Both the position numbers and the translations under genes were made by a program. From contig CAVUMN010000003.1 in NCBI GenBank assembly GCA_963742735.1, positions 320,001 through 384,000 of the forward strand: a stretch of DNA of 64,000 nt, read 5' to 3'. Below are positions 26,987 to 35,848 of the stretch, piece by piece (within the stretch, counting starts at the first letter, position 1; every line of letters starts with the position of its first letter). The notes below the pieces were generated by a model. The model was not told the origin of the DNA. It did no database searches and saw nothing but the letters and a program-made list of their open reading frames with translations. This stretch comes from an uncultured Actinomycetes bacterium (GTDB taxonomy: Bacteria > Actinomycetota > UBA4738 > JBBDTT01).

Positions 26987-27134
26987 GCTGAGGTTCAGCG
27001 CTTCGGGGGATCCCGGCGAGTGCGGGTCGGACGCCACGCTGACGGCCAGGTAACGAATGACAGATCGTCGGGGATCCGGGCAGCAGCGCGTTACTCGCCC
27101 GCCTGAAGACCAGCCGAATGTAGCCGCCGAGCCT

Positions 27135-27548
27135 TCAGCCATCGGCGAGGATCTCCCTGACTCGAGCCTCGCCGAGATGCTTCTCGAGCGTTTCTAGACG
27201 CCGCTGCCGATCCTTCTGCTCCCGCTCCCACTCCTCCCACCACTCGTCGAATTGGTCGCGTAGCACCTCCGAGCCCGGTTCGGTGCGCGGTGGGCTGGCC
27301 TCCTTCGCCACCGGCCCCAAGACACGCTCTAGAACCGTGGTAGCGGCGCGCAGACGGAGGCGCGGGTCCTCCGCATCGAGCAGGTCCACGAGCGTGGTGG
27401 CGGCCTTGTCCGCGTGGAGCTCGAGCCGCTCGAGGGTTTCCCCGATCCGATCTAGCCGGCGGCGTTCACGCTCGGCCGCACCAAGGACACCGTTCGCTTT
27501 GGGATCGGGACCGTCCGGGGAGCCGAAGGGCTTGCCTCGCACGGCCAC
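27135..27548 (-). CDS. Terminase-small-subunit-like protein (copy 2)
   Basis: KPFGSPDGPDP...KAATTLVDLLDAEDPRLRLRAATTVLERVLG pattern; coiled-coil tail. Confidence 0.45.
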   Translation of the reverse strand: MAVRGKPFGSPDGPDPKANGVLGAAERERRRLDRIGETLERLELHADKAATTLVDLLDAEDPRLRLRAATTVLERVLGPVAKEASPPRTEPGSEVLRDQFDEWWEEWEREQKDRQRRLETLEKHLGEARVREILADG

Positions 27549-27567
27549 CTGTCCGTTGCCGCTGTCG

Positions 27568-27963
27568 CTAATGGGGCCCCTCCGCTTGTTCGTGGGCTTC
27601 CATCTCGGCCAGCAGTTCGTCTACACGGCGGGAGAACTCGCCACGGGAGGTGTGCTCGATGTGCTGGTCGGCCTGGCCTATGGCCTGCTCAACTAGCCAC
27701 CGGGCGTTCTGGGTGCGGATGGACCACGCCTCTTCGCCTTTGCGGGTGGCCCCCTTGATGGCCTCGAGGATGGTCTGGACAGCGCGAGGGGCGTTGAGGA
27801 TCAGGGCTTGGCGGGTCTGGTCACGTCGCTGCTCGAGCCGGCGCTCCCTCACCTCGGTGGCTTTCCTGGCAGCCGCTACAGGATCGGGTCCGTCAGGCTG
27901 ACCGAACCGGGTTCTAGAGCCCGCGTCACGCGGTCTGACCTGCTCATTCGCGGAGGCTCCCAC
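27568..27963 (-). CDS. Terminase-small-subunit-like protein (copy 1)
   Basis: TRFGQPDGPDPVAAARKA...RAVQTI...NARWLVEQAIGQADQHIEHT; GTG 6 nt after TACGAT. Confidence 0.5.
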   Translation of the reverse strand: MGASANEQVRPRDAGSRTRFGQPDGPDPVAAARKATEVRERRLEQRRDQTRQALILNAPRAVQTILEAIKGATRKGEEAWSIRTQNARWLVEQAIGQADQHIEHTSRGEFSRRVDELLAEMEAHEQAEGPH

Positions 27964-28132
27964 GGCTCGATCGTATGGCCGGGGGGCGTTTGCATCGCGT
28001 TTGCGAGCCCCGAACAAAGGCCCGTTTACCTGCGGTTATGGGGAACCCTCTGGGTTGCTCACCCACTAGTTTGAGGTCCCCATTGACCATGGCGGAACCA
28101 GCGGCCGAGGATGGGGGATCGCGGGGGGCAGT

Positions 28133-28504
28133 ATGAGGCAGTACACGCAAGAAGAGCACGAGGCAGTCAGCCGAGCGATGAAGGACTTCTTTCGCGAGGT
28201 GGCCTCGCGCTTCGAGCACGTGGCCTTCCGAGACGATCTTCCCGGGCCCAGTGGCGAGCCGGGGGGGATCATCGAGCTCCGCTGTGAGCTTCCGGGTACC
28301 AGTCGGATTGCGGCGCTCGTCGGCGCGGATCAGATCGACCTATACCTCGGTCAGAGGACTTGGTGGGAGTTCCTACCCAGGTGGAAGGATCGGGGTCCCG
28401 AGCGGATGATTGCCCGGGTTCGCAACGCCATCGAAGACGTCGTGGCCGGGCGATTCAAGGAACGCATTGGATCTCGGATCGTGCGATATGCCCCGTACAG
28501 ATAG
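28133..28504 (+). CDS. Hypothetical cargo protein
   Basis: 123-aa ORF with ATG start and globular-looking composition. Confidence 0.55.
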   Translation: MRQYTQEEHEAVSRAMKDFFREVASRFEHVAFRDDLPGPSGEPGGIIELRCELPGTSRIAALVGADQIDLYLGQRTWWEFLPRWKDRGPERMIARVRNAIEDVVAGRFKERIGSRIVRYAPYR

Positions 28505-28539
28505 CTGATCGCGGAGGGACTATTGCGACTCGGCCACGC

Positions 28540-29088
28540 ATGAGAAAGCGAATCGGATCGGTGAGCCTCGCTCTTCTGGTCGCGTGCTCTGGCCCGGACA
28601 GTCCTCCCCAAGCCGAGCCCAGCGCCGCGCCGGCCAGTCCCTCCCCATCACCAGCGGTAGCGCTCTTGGACTTGGGGCAGGAGGGCAGCACAGCTGGCGG
28701 GACGCGAGTGACCGTCTACTCGGTCGCCCCCTCGAGTCGGAATGGCTACTCGCCACCGAGCGGGAGCACATGGCGCATCGCGGACACCAGGCTTTGCGCC
28801 TCGCTAGAGCAGCCTGGCCAGATCGGAGTGGGGCTGGTGGCGAGCTCGCAGTTCGTCGCCGAGAGTGCGGACGGGAGTTCCTACGCGGTGGACAGCGCCG
28901 GCGTTCTGTCGAACGAGCTGATGGCGCAACCCACACGGCTGCTCGATCCGGGCGAGTGCATCCGGGGACTGTTGGTGTTCGCTCTCCCGGCGCGGACGCC
29001 AGTTGCATCCGTTGTGTTCCTGGCAGCCAGCAGCCCCGATCCAGGCTCCGGCCTAACCGCGGCGATGAGGTGGCTCGTGCCGCGCTGA
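28540..29088 (+). CDS. DUF4352-like lipoprotein
   Basis: Lipobox LVAC; Pro/Ser linker; LDPGECIRGLLVFALP motif. Confidence 0.65.
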   Translation: MRKRIGSVSLALLVACSGPDSPPQAEPSAAPASPSPSPAVALLDLGQEGSTAGGTRVTVYSVAPSSRNGYSPPSGSTWRIADTRLCASLEQPGQIGVGLVASSQFVAESADGSSYAVDSAGVLSNELMAQPTRLLDPGECIRGLLVFALPARTPVASVVFLAASSPDPGSGLTAAMRWLVPR

Positions 29089-29128
29089 ACCGAGGGCCCG
29101 CCGTCGCTTTTCGCCCGCTTTTTCGCCA

Positions 29129-29640
29129 GTCAAAATGGCCCCCGCTCGGCCAGGGTCACCCATTTTGACCTGCGGTTTCTGTTGAGCCGGGCTCCAACGG
29201 ACCTGGCCCCGCTAGACCGATGCTTCTAGCATGCTGACCTGCGCTTTCCCCCCAGTTTCGGCCCAGTTCCGCGCCACCGAACTGGATATTGGGGTGGGGC
29301 CCCCTGCACGCCCCGCGTCACGCGGCCTGACCTGCGGTTTTTGGGAGAACGCTTCTACCGTTCTGACCTGCGGTTTTCATGGGGCTTGGCTTCATCCGAG
29401 CGACCTGCAACAACCCGCCCCCAAGCCGTGGATGATCCACGCTGACCTGCGGTTTTGGGTCGCCGGGGCGTCATGCGATGAACCCTTCCGACCTGCGGTT
29501 ATCCCGTGGCCCCCCCCTACCCGCCGGTTCTACCGGTCTGACCTGCGGCTTTCGTGTGTCGTGGGCCCCCAACCCCCGTGCTTGTGAGGCACTAGGCTTT
29601 CGAGCGATGATCGTTCGTGACCTGCGGTTTTTGGGTCGCC
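29129..29640 (+). repeat. Array of 9 'variable hairpin + (T)GACCTGCGGTTT' units
   Basis: Motif starts at 29166, 29235, 29328, 29364, 29401 (partial), 29443, 29489, 29539 and 29618, all on +, each preceded by an inverted repeat. Confidence 0.85.
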
Positions 29641-29654
29641 GATCCCGCCGTCGA

Positions 29655-29672
29655 TGCAAACGCTCTGCAAAC
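29655..29672 (+). promoter_or_regulatory. Putative integrase arm-type sites (TGCAAAC x2)
   Basis: Matches the pair at 20555-20572. Confidence 0.6.
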
Positions 29673-29791
29673 GAACGCCGCACGTTCAAGCCTCGGCGAG
29701 ACGGACGGGGGTGGACAGGACGAGATGTGTTCCCGCACGGCCCAGCACGGGGCCGGACGCGACCTAGCTTGAGCGGACAGCGATCAGCAAA

Positions 29792-29837
29792 CTCATAACC
29801 CAGAGGTCACAGGTTCAAATCCTGTCCCCGCGACAAA
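29792..29837 (+). repeat. attR core (46 bp, tRNA 3' fragment)
   Basis: Identical to 20439-20484. Confidence 0.95.
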
Positions 29838-29876
29838 CGCGAAGCCGCAGGTCACGCACCTGCGGCTTCTCGCGTT
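29836..29876 (+). terminator. Hairpin, probably the original tRNA terminator displaced by integration
   Basis: AACGCG-AAGCCGCAGGT-cacgc-ACCTGCGGCTT-ct-CGCGTT. Confidence 0.6.
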
Positions 29877-29933
29877 GAAGGGGCGAATCCCCGGAGTCCG
29901 CGGCGGGTATGAACCAGGGAGGAGGTGGTCGTC

Positions 29934-30176
29934 GTGGCCGATCTCAGCCCCAAGCAGCGAGCACGGATCCCGAGCAAGAAGTTCGGGCTTCCCGAGAAGG
30001 CGCGCACGCCCGACGCCAAGAAGGAATCCGGCAACTACCCGATACCCGACCGTAAGCACGCGGTGAGCGCCAAGGGCCGTGCCAAGGCTCAGCTCAAGCG
30101 CGGAAACCTCACCAAGGACCAGTACGAGCGCGTGGTTCGCAAGGCGGACCGGGTCCTGAAGAAGGACGGCGCTTAG
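29934..30176 (+). CDS. Small basic protein, DUF6582-like
   Basis: LSPKQRARIPSKKFGLP...YPIPDRKHAVSAKGRA; GGAGG RBS. Confidence 0.7.
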   Translation: MADLSPKQRARIPSKKFGLPEKARTPDAKKESGNYPIPDRKHAVSAKGRAKAQLKRGNLTKDQYERVVRKADRVLKKDGA

Positions 30177-30203
30177 CCCGAACGGGCTGGTCCCAGACCC
30201 ACC

Positions 30204-30230
30204 AGGAAGGGGCGCTCGGCGCCCCTTCCT
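30204..30230. terminator. GC-rich hairpin after the DUF6582-like gene
   Basis: AGGAAGGGGCGC-tcg-GCGCCCCTTCCT, perfect 12-bp stem. Confidence 0.55.
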
Positions 30231-30501
30231 CCCGTTTGATCCCTTCTGTGCCTCCCGACCCCCCTGCTTACGGGCCATTTTTCTCCCGGGAGGGCGTATC
30301 CCTCGTGCTCCCGCGGCGCTTTGACGGAATAAGAAAGTCGGTTGCCGAAGGGGACTTCCCTACGGCCCGAGTCGAGAGGTCTGTTCGTATGACGGAAGCG
30401 TGGTCCCGAGTACTCGCAGCGGGGGTCGGTTTCTGCTACCGTCCGGCCTCGAGCGGGCGAGGACCCGGACGGCTCCGCGTCCCCGATGGGAGGTGTTCGG
30501 T

Positions 30502-31614
30502 TTGAAGACGAAGTTTCGTGTTCTGGTCGGGGCGGCGGCGTTCGTCGTACTGACCATTTTTGCGCTCTCCCCCGCGATGGCGGCCCCTGCGGGCAGCTAT
30601 TCGGGAGTGGCGGACGGGACGGCACTGTCGCTCTCCGTTTCCACAGGCGGCGACCCGATTCTGTCGGTCGACGCCGGTATCACGCACGCTGAGGTCGACT
30701 CCTCGCCGCACGCGGCAGGGTCGGGCGCCGGCCTCGTTCAGCTTCCGGGAACGATTGCTGAGACCGACGCTCCGCCGGACGACACCAAGTCGGCCGAGCT
30801 CCTGAGCGTGCCGATCGGGGACCCGAACACCGCCGGCCTTGAGGTCGGAGTCGCGCGCGGAAGCTCCACGTCCGAGACCACGGGCGACCCGAGCTCGAGG
30901 AACGTCGGTGAGCTTCTCGCCGTCAACCTCAACGCGGCCAACCTGCTGGGGACGAACGACTTCGCGGTCCGCAGCACGGCGGACGTGGTCGTCGACGGCC
31001 AGCTGGTCACCGCGACCGGTCACTCGGACGAGGTGGTCATCACCCTGGCGCTCGGTGACGAGCTCGTGTCTCCGGTGTGTGACCTGCTCGACGCTCTGCC
31101 GCTCGGCCTCGGTGAGGCCTGTGACAGCGCGGTCGACCAGGTTCAGCTCCTGACCACGGTCATCACCGTCAGGATCCTTCCGGCGACGGTTGAGTGCGTC
31201 TACGACGGCAACACCGGACTGGCGAGCGTTCCGACGGCTGAGGCGGCCCTTCTGACCGTCCAGCTGTTCGACGCGGAGCCCATCGCGGTGAGCGCCGGCC
31301 AGACGATCGACCTGCTCGACGGTACCCCGCTGCACATCCACGCCATCGTGAGCGACGTGTCCACGGTCGTGGAAGGCAACAGTGCGAGCGCCCGCGCAAG
31401 CGGCCTCGTGGTGGAGCTCTTCGAGGATGTGCTTCCACAGGTGCGTCTCGCGGCGTCCGACGTGACGTGCGGTGTCTCCGGCGAACTGCCGGTCGAGCCG
31501 CCGCCGGTCCCGCGGACCCCCGTGACGGGTGGAGCTCTCCCGCCGATCATGCTCGGCGCGGCGGCTCTCGTCCTGGTGGGTCTCGGGGCGCGGAGGTTCG
31601 CGAAGGTCGCCTAG
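30502..31614 (+). CDS. Cell-wall-anchored surface protein (sortase substrate)
   Basis: TTG start after GGGAGG; signal peptide AMA-AP; C-terminal TPVTG, TM helix and RRFAK tail. Confidence 0.75.
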   Translation: MKTKFRVLVGAAAFVVLTIFALSPAMAAPAGSYSGVADGTALSLSVSTGGDPILSVDAGITHAEVDSSPHAAGSGAGLVQLPGTIAETDAPPDDTKSAELLSVPIGDPNTAGLEVGVARGSSTSETTGDPSSRNVGELLAVNLNAANLLGTNDFAVRSTADVVVDGQLVTATGHSDEVVITLALGDELVSPVCDLLDALPLGLGEACDSAVDQVQLLTTVITVRILPATVECVYDGNTGLASVPTAEAALLTVQLFDAEPIAVSAGQTIDLLDGTPLHIHAIVSDVSTVVEGNSASARASGLVVELFEDVLPQVRLAASDVTCGVSGELPVEPPPVPRTPVTGGALPPIMLGAAALVLVGLGARRFAKVA

Positions 31615-31654
31615 GCGACCGGACCGATACCTTCCTACCCAGGGAGAATTTCAA

Positions 31655-32394
31655 ATGACGCGGGACGACAGTTGGATCAACGGCGAGGACGTCCCGCCGA
31701 AGGCAGAGGGCTCGGGGCGCCGCGGCGACAGCCGCCGCGGCGCCTCCGGTCCGCCGGCGGACACCCGATGGCGCAAGCGCAAGGGGGTCCGTAGGGCCCT
31801 CAACACGCTCTCGGTGGTCCTGGTCCTCGGTGGTGTCGGCCTCCTCGCCTTCCCGTTCGCCACGAACATGTGGGCGGACCACCGGCAGGGGGAGCTGGCG
31901 CAGGAGTTCGGACGCGAAGAGCTCCGCAGCGCGTACGTGCAGCACACCATCAAGCCGGGGCAGGCGCTGACCCGCCTGCGGATCCCCAAGCTCGGGGTGG
32001 ACACCATCGTCGTCGAGGGGACCACGCCCTCGGCGCTGCGGGCAGGATCGGGGCACTACGAGAACACCGCCCTGCCGTGTGAGAAGGGCAACGCGGGTAT
32101 CGCCGGGCACCGGACGACCTACTCGAAGCCCTTTGCGAACATCGACAAGCTTCGACCGGGGGACCAGATCATCCTGGAGACCCCGATCGGGAAGTGCTGG
32201 TACGAGGTGGAGAAGATGCCGTGGACGACCGACCCGTTCGACTGGACCATCGTGAAGAACGTCGGTGGCGCTCGTCTGACCATGTCGGCGTGTCACCCGC
32301 CGGGGAGCGCCGCCCAGCGGCTGGTCGTCCGGTCCAAGCTCGTCCGGACCCAGTTCCGCACCGAGGACGGCACGTTCGTGGACGCGGTGCAGTG

Positions 32395-32395
<1 letters not shown>
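31655..32395 (+). CDS. Sortase (class E-like)
   Basis: LRIPKLG, GHY, AGHRTTY..PF and LTMSACHP...R motifs. Confidence 0.92.
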
Positions 32396-33450
<1,055 letters not shown>

Positions 33451-33497
33451 GCGGGCTCGAGCCCGGAGGTTCCTCAGGGGCGGCTAGAATGCGGCCC

Positions 33498-33926
33498 ATG
33501 CTCTCCAAGGCCGAGGTGCAGAAGCTCCTGTCCGAGGTCGGACTCTTCGCCGGCACCTCCAAGAAGGAGCTCGCCGAGATCGCCTCGGTGGCCAAGGTCG
33601 TCGACCACGCCGCCGGCGACGTCATCGCCCGGGAGGGCGAGCGTGGCCTGGGATTCTTCCTGCTCGCGGACGGCAAGGCGGAGGTCACGATCGGCGGCCA
33701 GCGCAAGGCCGTCCTGGAGCGGGGGGACTTCTTCGGAGAGGTCTCCCTGCTGGACGAGGGACCGCGGTCCGCGACGGTCACGGCCATGACTCCGGTGATC
33801 CTTCTGGGGGTCACCGCGTGGGCGTTCAAGGACCTCGTGGAGCGCCACGCCACCATCGGGCTGAAGATGCTGGAGACCGTGGCCGCTCGCGTGCGCAACG
33901 CCACGCGCGACGCCGCCACCCTCTAG
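33498..33926 (+). CDS. Cyclic nucleotide-binding domain protein
   Basis: GDFFGEVSLLDEGPRSATV; ATG 7 nt after TAGAAT. Confidence 0.9.
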   Translation: MLSKAEVQKLLSEVGLFAGTSKKELAEIASVAKVVDHAAGDVIAREGERGLGFFLLADGKAEVTIGGQRKAVLERGDFFGEVSLLDEGPRSATVTAMTPVILLGVTAWAFKDLVERHATIGLKMLETVAARVRNATRDAATL

Positions 33927-33932
33927 CCGCGC

Positions 33933-34940
33933 GTGCCCGAGCTCGGGATCGTCGTCGGCGGGCCGCTGCCGGGGCTGGCCGAGATGGCCCGGCGCGCCGA
34001 GGACGCCGGGTACGAGAGCCTGTGGGTGGCCGAGACGTCTCGCTCGGCCTTCAGCCAGGCCGGCGTGGCCGTCCAGGCCACGTCGAGGGCGACGGTCGGG
34101 ACGGCGATCGCACTGGCCTTCCCGAGGAGCCCGGCGATCACCGCGATGGAGTCCCGCGACCTCGACGAGCTGAGCGGCGGGCGGTTCGTGCTCGGGCTCG
34201 GCTCGCAGGTCAAGCGGGTGAACGAGCAGCGCTTCGGCGTCGCCTTCGAGCACCCGGCGCCGAAGATGCGCGAGTACGTGGAGGCGGTGCGCGCCGTCCT
34301 CGGATCGTTCGGCGGGACGCCGCCCGAGCACCGCGGCCGGTTCTACGAGATCACGATGGCTCCGTTCCCGGGAGCCACGCCGCCCGCGCGGCCGCTGCCG
34401 ATCTATCTCGCGGCCGTGAACGAGCGCATGGCCGAGGTCGCCGGCGAGGTCGCGGACGGCGTCCAGGGGCACCCGATGACCTCGCCCCGGTGGGTCCAGG
34501 AGGTCATCCGCCCGGCGATCGCCCGGGGTGCCGCCCGTGCCGGGCGGGATCCGGCCGAGGTGAGCGTGACCACCAACGTGATCCTGCAGGTCACCGACGA
34601 TCCCGAGGTGGCCCGGCGGGAGGCGGCGGGCCAGCTCGCGTTCTACGCGACCACCCGGACGTACGCCCCCGTTCTGGAGATGCACGGGTTCGGGGACCTG
34701 ACCGACCCGATCCGGGAGGCGTTCGGGCGGGGAGACCTCGGGGCGATGGTCGACCTCGCCCTTCCGATGGTGGAGACGCTCGCTGTGGCGGGCGACGTCC
34801 GGATGTGCCGGGAGCGGCTCGAGGCCTTCGACGGGATCGCCGATCGCATCGTCCTCGGCGGGGCTTGGGTCGGCACCGACCCGTCCCGCGTGATCGAGAA
34901 CTACCGGGTCATCCTGGAGGCGTTCGGGCCGGCCGCCTGA
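33933..34940 (+). CDS. LLM class (probably F420-dependent) oxidoreductase
   Basis: AEDAGYESLWVAE, LDELSGGRFVLGLGSQ, AGEVADG. Confidence 0.9.
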   Translation: MPELGIVVGGPLPGLAEMARRAEDAGYESLWVAETSRSAFSQAGVAVQATSRATVGTAIALAFPRSPAITAMESRDLDELSGGRFVLGLGSQVKRVNEQRFGVAFEHPAPKMREYVEAVRAVLGSFGGTPPEHRGRFYEITMAPFPGATPPARPLPIYLAAVNERMAEVAGEVADGVQGHPMTSPRWVQEVIRPAIARGAARAGRDPAEVSVTTNVILQVTDDPEVARREAAGQLAFYATTRTYAPVLEMHGFGDLTDPIREAFGRGDLGAMVDLALPMVETLAVAGDVRMCRERLEAFDGIADRIVLGGAWVGTDPSRVIENYRVILEAFGPAA

Positions 34941-35848
34941 TGGGCGAGGCCGACGCTCGCCGTCTGGCCGAGGAGCGTGCCGGGAGGCGCGCGGCCGGGG
35001 ATTACGCCGCGGCCGACGCCCTTCGCGAACGGATCGAGGCACTCGGGTTCCACGTCGCCGATACGGCCGAGGGCTTCACCCTGGTGCCGATCGAGACGGA
35101 GCCGGCCGAGCGGGTTCGGCTCCGCCCCGAGGACGTGGGGTCGGCTCTTGACGCGCCCCCGGACGTGGACGTGAGCATCCACTGGCTCGCGGAGGGCTGG
35201 CCCGAGGACGTCCTGCGAGGGATCGCCTCCTTCGATGCCCAACGGGGAGGGCGGCGGGTCCAGCACGTCGTGGTCGAGGCGGTGCCCGCCGACGAGGGCT
35301 GGCCGGAGGGGTGCGAAGTCCTCCCGATGCGGGAGGGGCTCGGGTGGGCGCGGTGTCGCAACGCCGGCCTCGCCCGCTCCCGAGGCGCCCTGGTGTTCGT
35401 CGTCGACGGCTCTACCCAGGCCACGGGGGACGTCTTCGATCCTCTCGAGGCCGCGCTCGCCGACCCGTCGGTGGGGATCGCCGGGCCCGTGGGGGCGGTC
35501 ACCGACGAGCAGCTCCACGAGTTCGTGCCCGCGACGGAACCGGAGTGCGATGCGATCGAGGGCTACCTGATGGCGTTTCGCCGGGAGGTGCTGACGCGCG
35601 GGGTTCGGTTCGACGACCGGTTCCGGTTCTATCGATCGGCCGACCTGGACTTCTCGTTCTCCGTCAAGGACCTCGGGCTGCGTGCCCTGATGGTCGAGGT
35701 GCCGATCGAACGGCACGAGCACCGGACATGGTGGACGACGGAGCCCGCCCGGCGGGCGCAGCTGTCCAAGCGCAACTACTACCGGTTCCTGGACCGTTGG
35801 CGGGGCCGTTCGGACCTGACCGTCAGCGGTCGGGGTTCGTCCGGGTGA
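34940..35848 (+). CDS. GT2-like glycosyltransferase with N-terminal CysRS-C-terminal-like helical domain
   Basis: ERAGRRAAGDYAAADALRERIEALGFHVAD, then GWARCRNAGL, VVDGS and FYRSADLDFSF. Confidence 0.7.
   Translation: MGEADARRLAEERAGRRAAGDYAAADALRERIEALGFHVADTAEGFTLVPIETEPAERVRLRPEDVGSALDAPPDVDVSIHWLAEGWPEDVLRGIASFDAQRGGRRVQHVVVEAVPADEGWPEGCEVLPMREGLGWARCRNAGLARSRGALVFVVDGSTQATGDVFDPLEAALADPSVGIAGPVGAVTDEQLHEFVPATEPECDAIEGYLMAFRREVLTRGVRFDDRFRFYRSADLDFSFSVKDLGLRALMVEVPIERHEHRTWWTTEPARRAQLSKRNYYRFLDRWRGRSDLTVSGRGSSG

Larger units (their letters stand above)
20439..29837. mobile_element. Integrative element (PICI/phage-satellite-like), ~9.4 kb, at tRNA-fMet
   Basis: 46-bp direct repeat of the tRNA 3' half at both ends; integrase, excisionase, HTH, DUF3987-like and TerS-like genes; more A/T-ending codons than the flanks. 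Confidence 0.9.

Noticed and set aside
29129-29640. Array interpreted as a CRISPR array
   Set aside because: The constant part is only ~13 bp, spacing is irregular (36-93 bp), the palindromes lie in the variable part, and there are no cas genes in the window
29231-29798. ORFs with repeated LTCGF / SDLRF peptides
   Set aside because: Translations of the DNA motif in different frames; no RBS or consistent coding frame
29792-29837. Second tRNA-Met gene
   Set aside because: Only the anticodon loop to the 3' end is present, with no D-arm or 5' acceptor strand; it is attR
30231-30501. Long 5' region before the sortase substrate as a riboswitch
   Set aside because: No recognisable riboswitch consensus by eye; an Rfam scan would be needed
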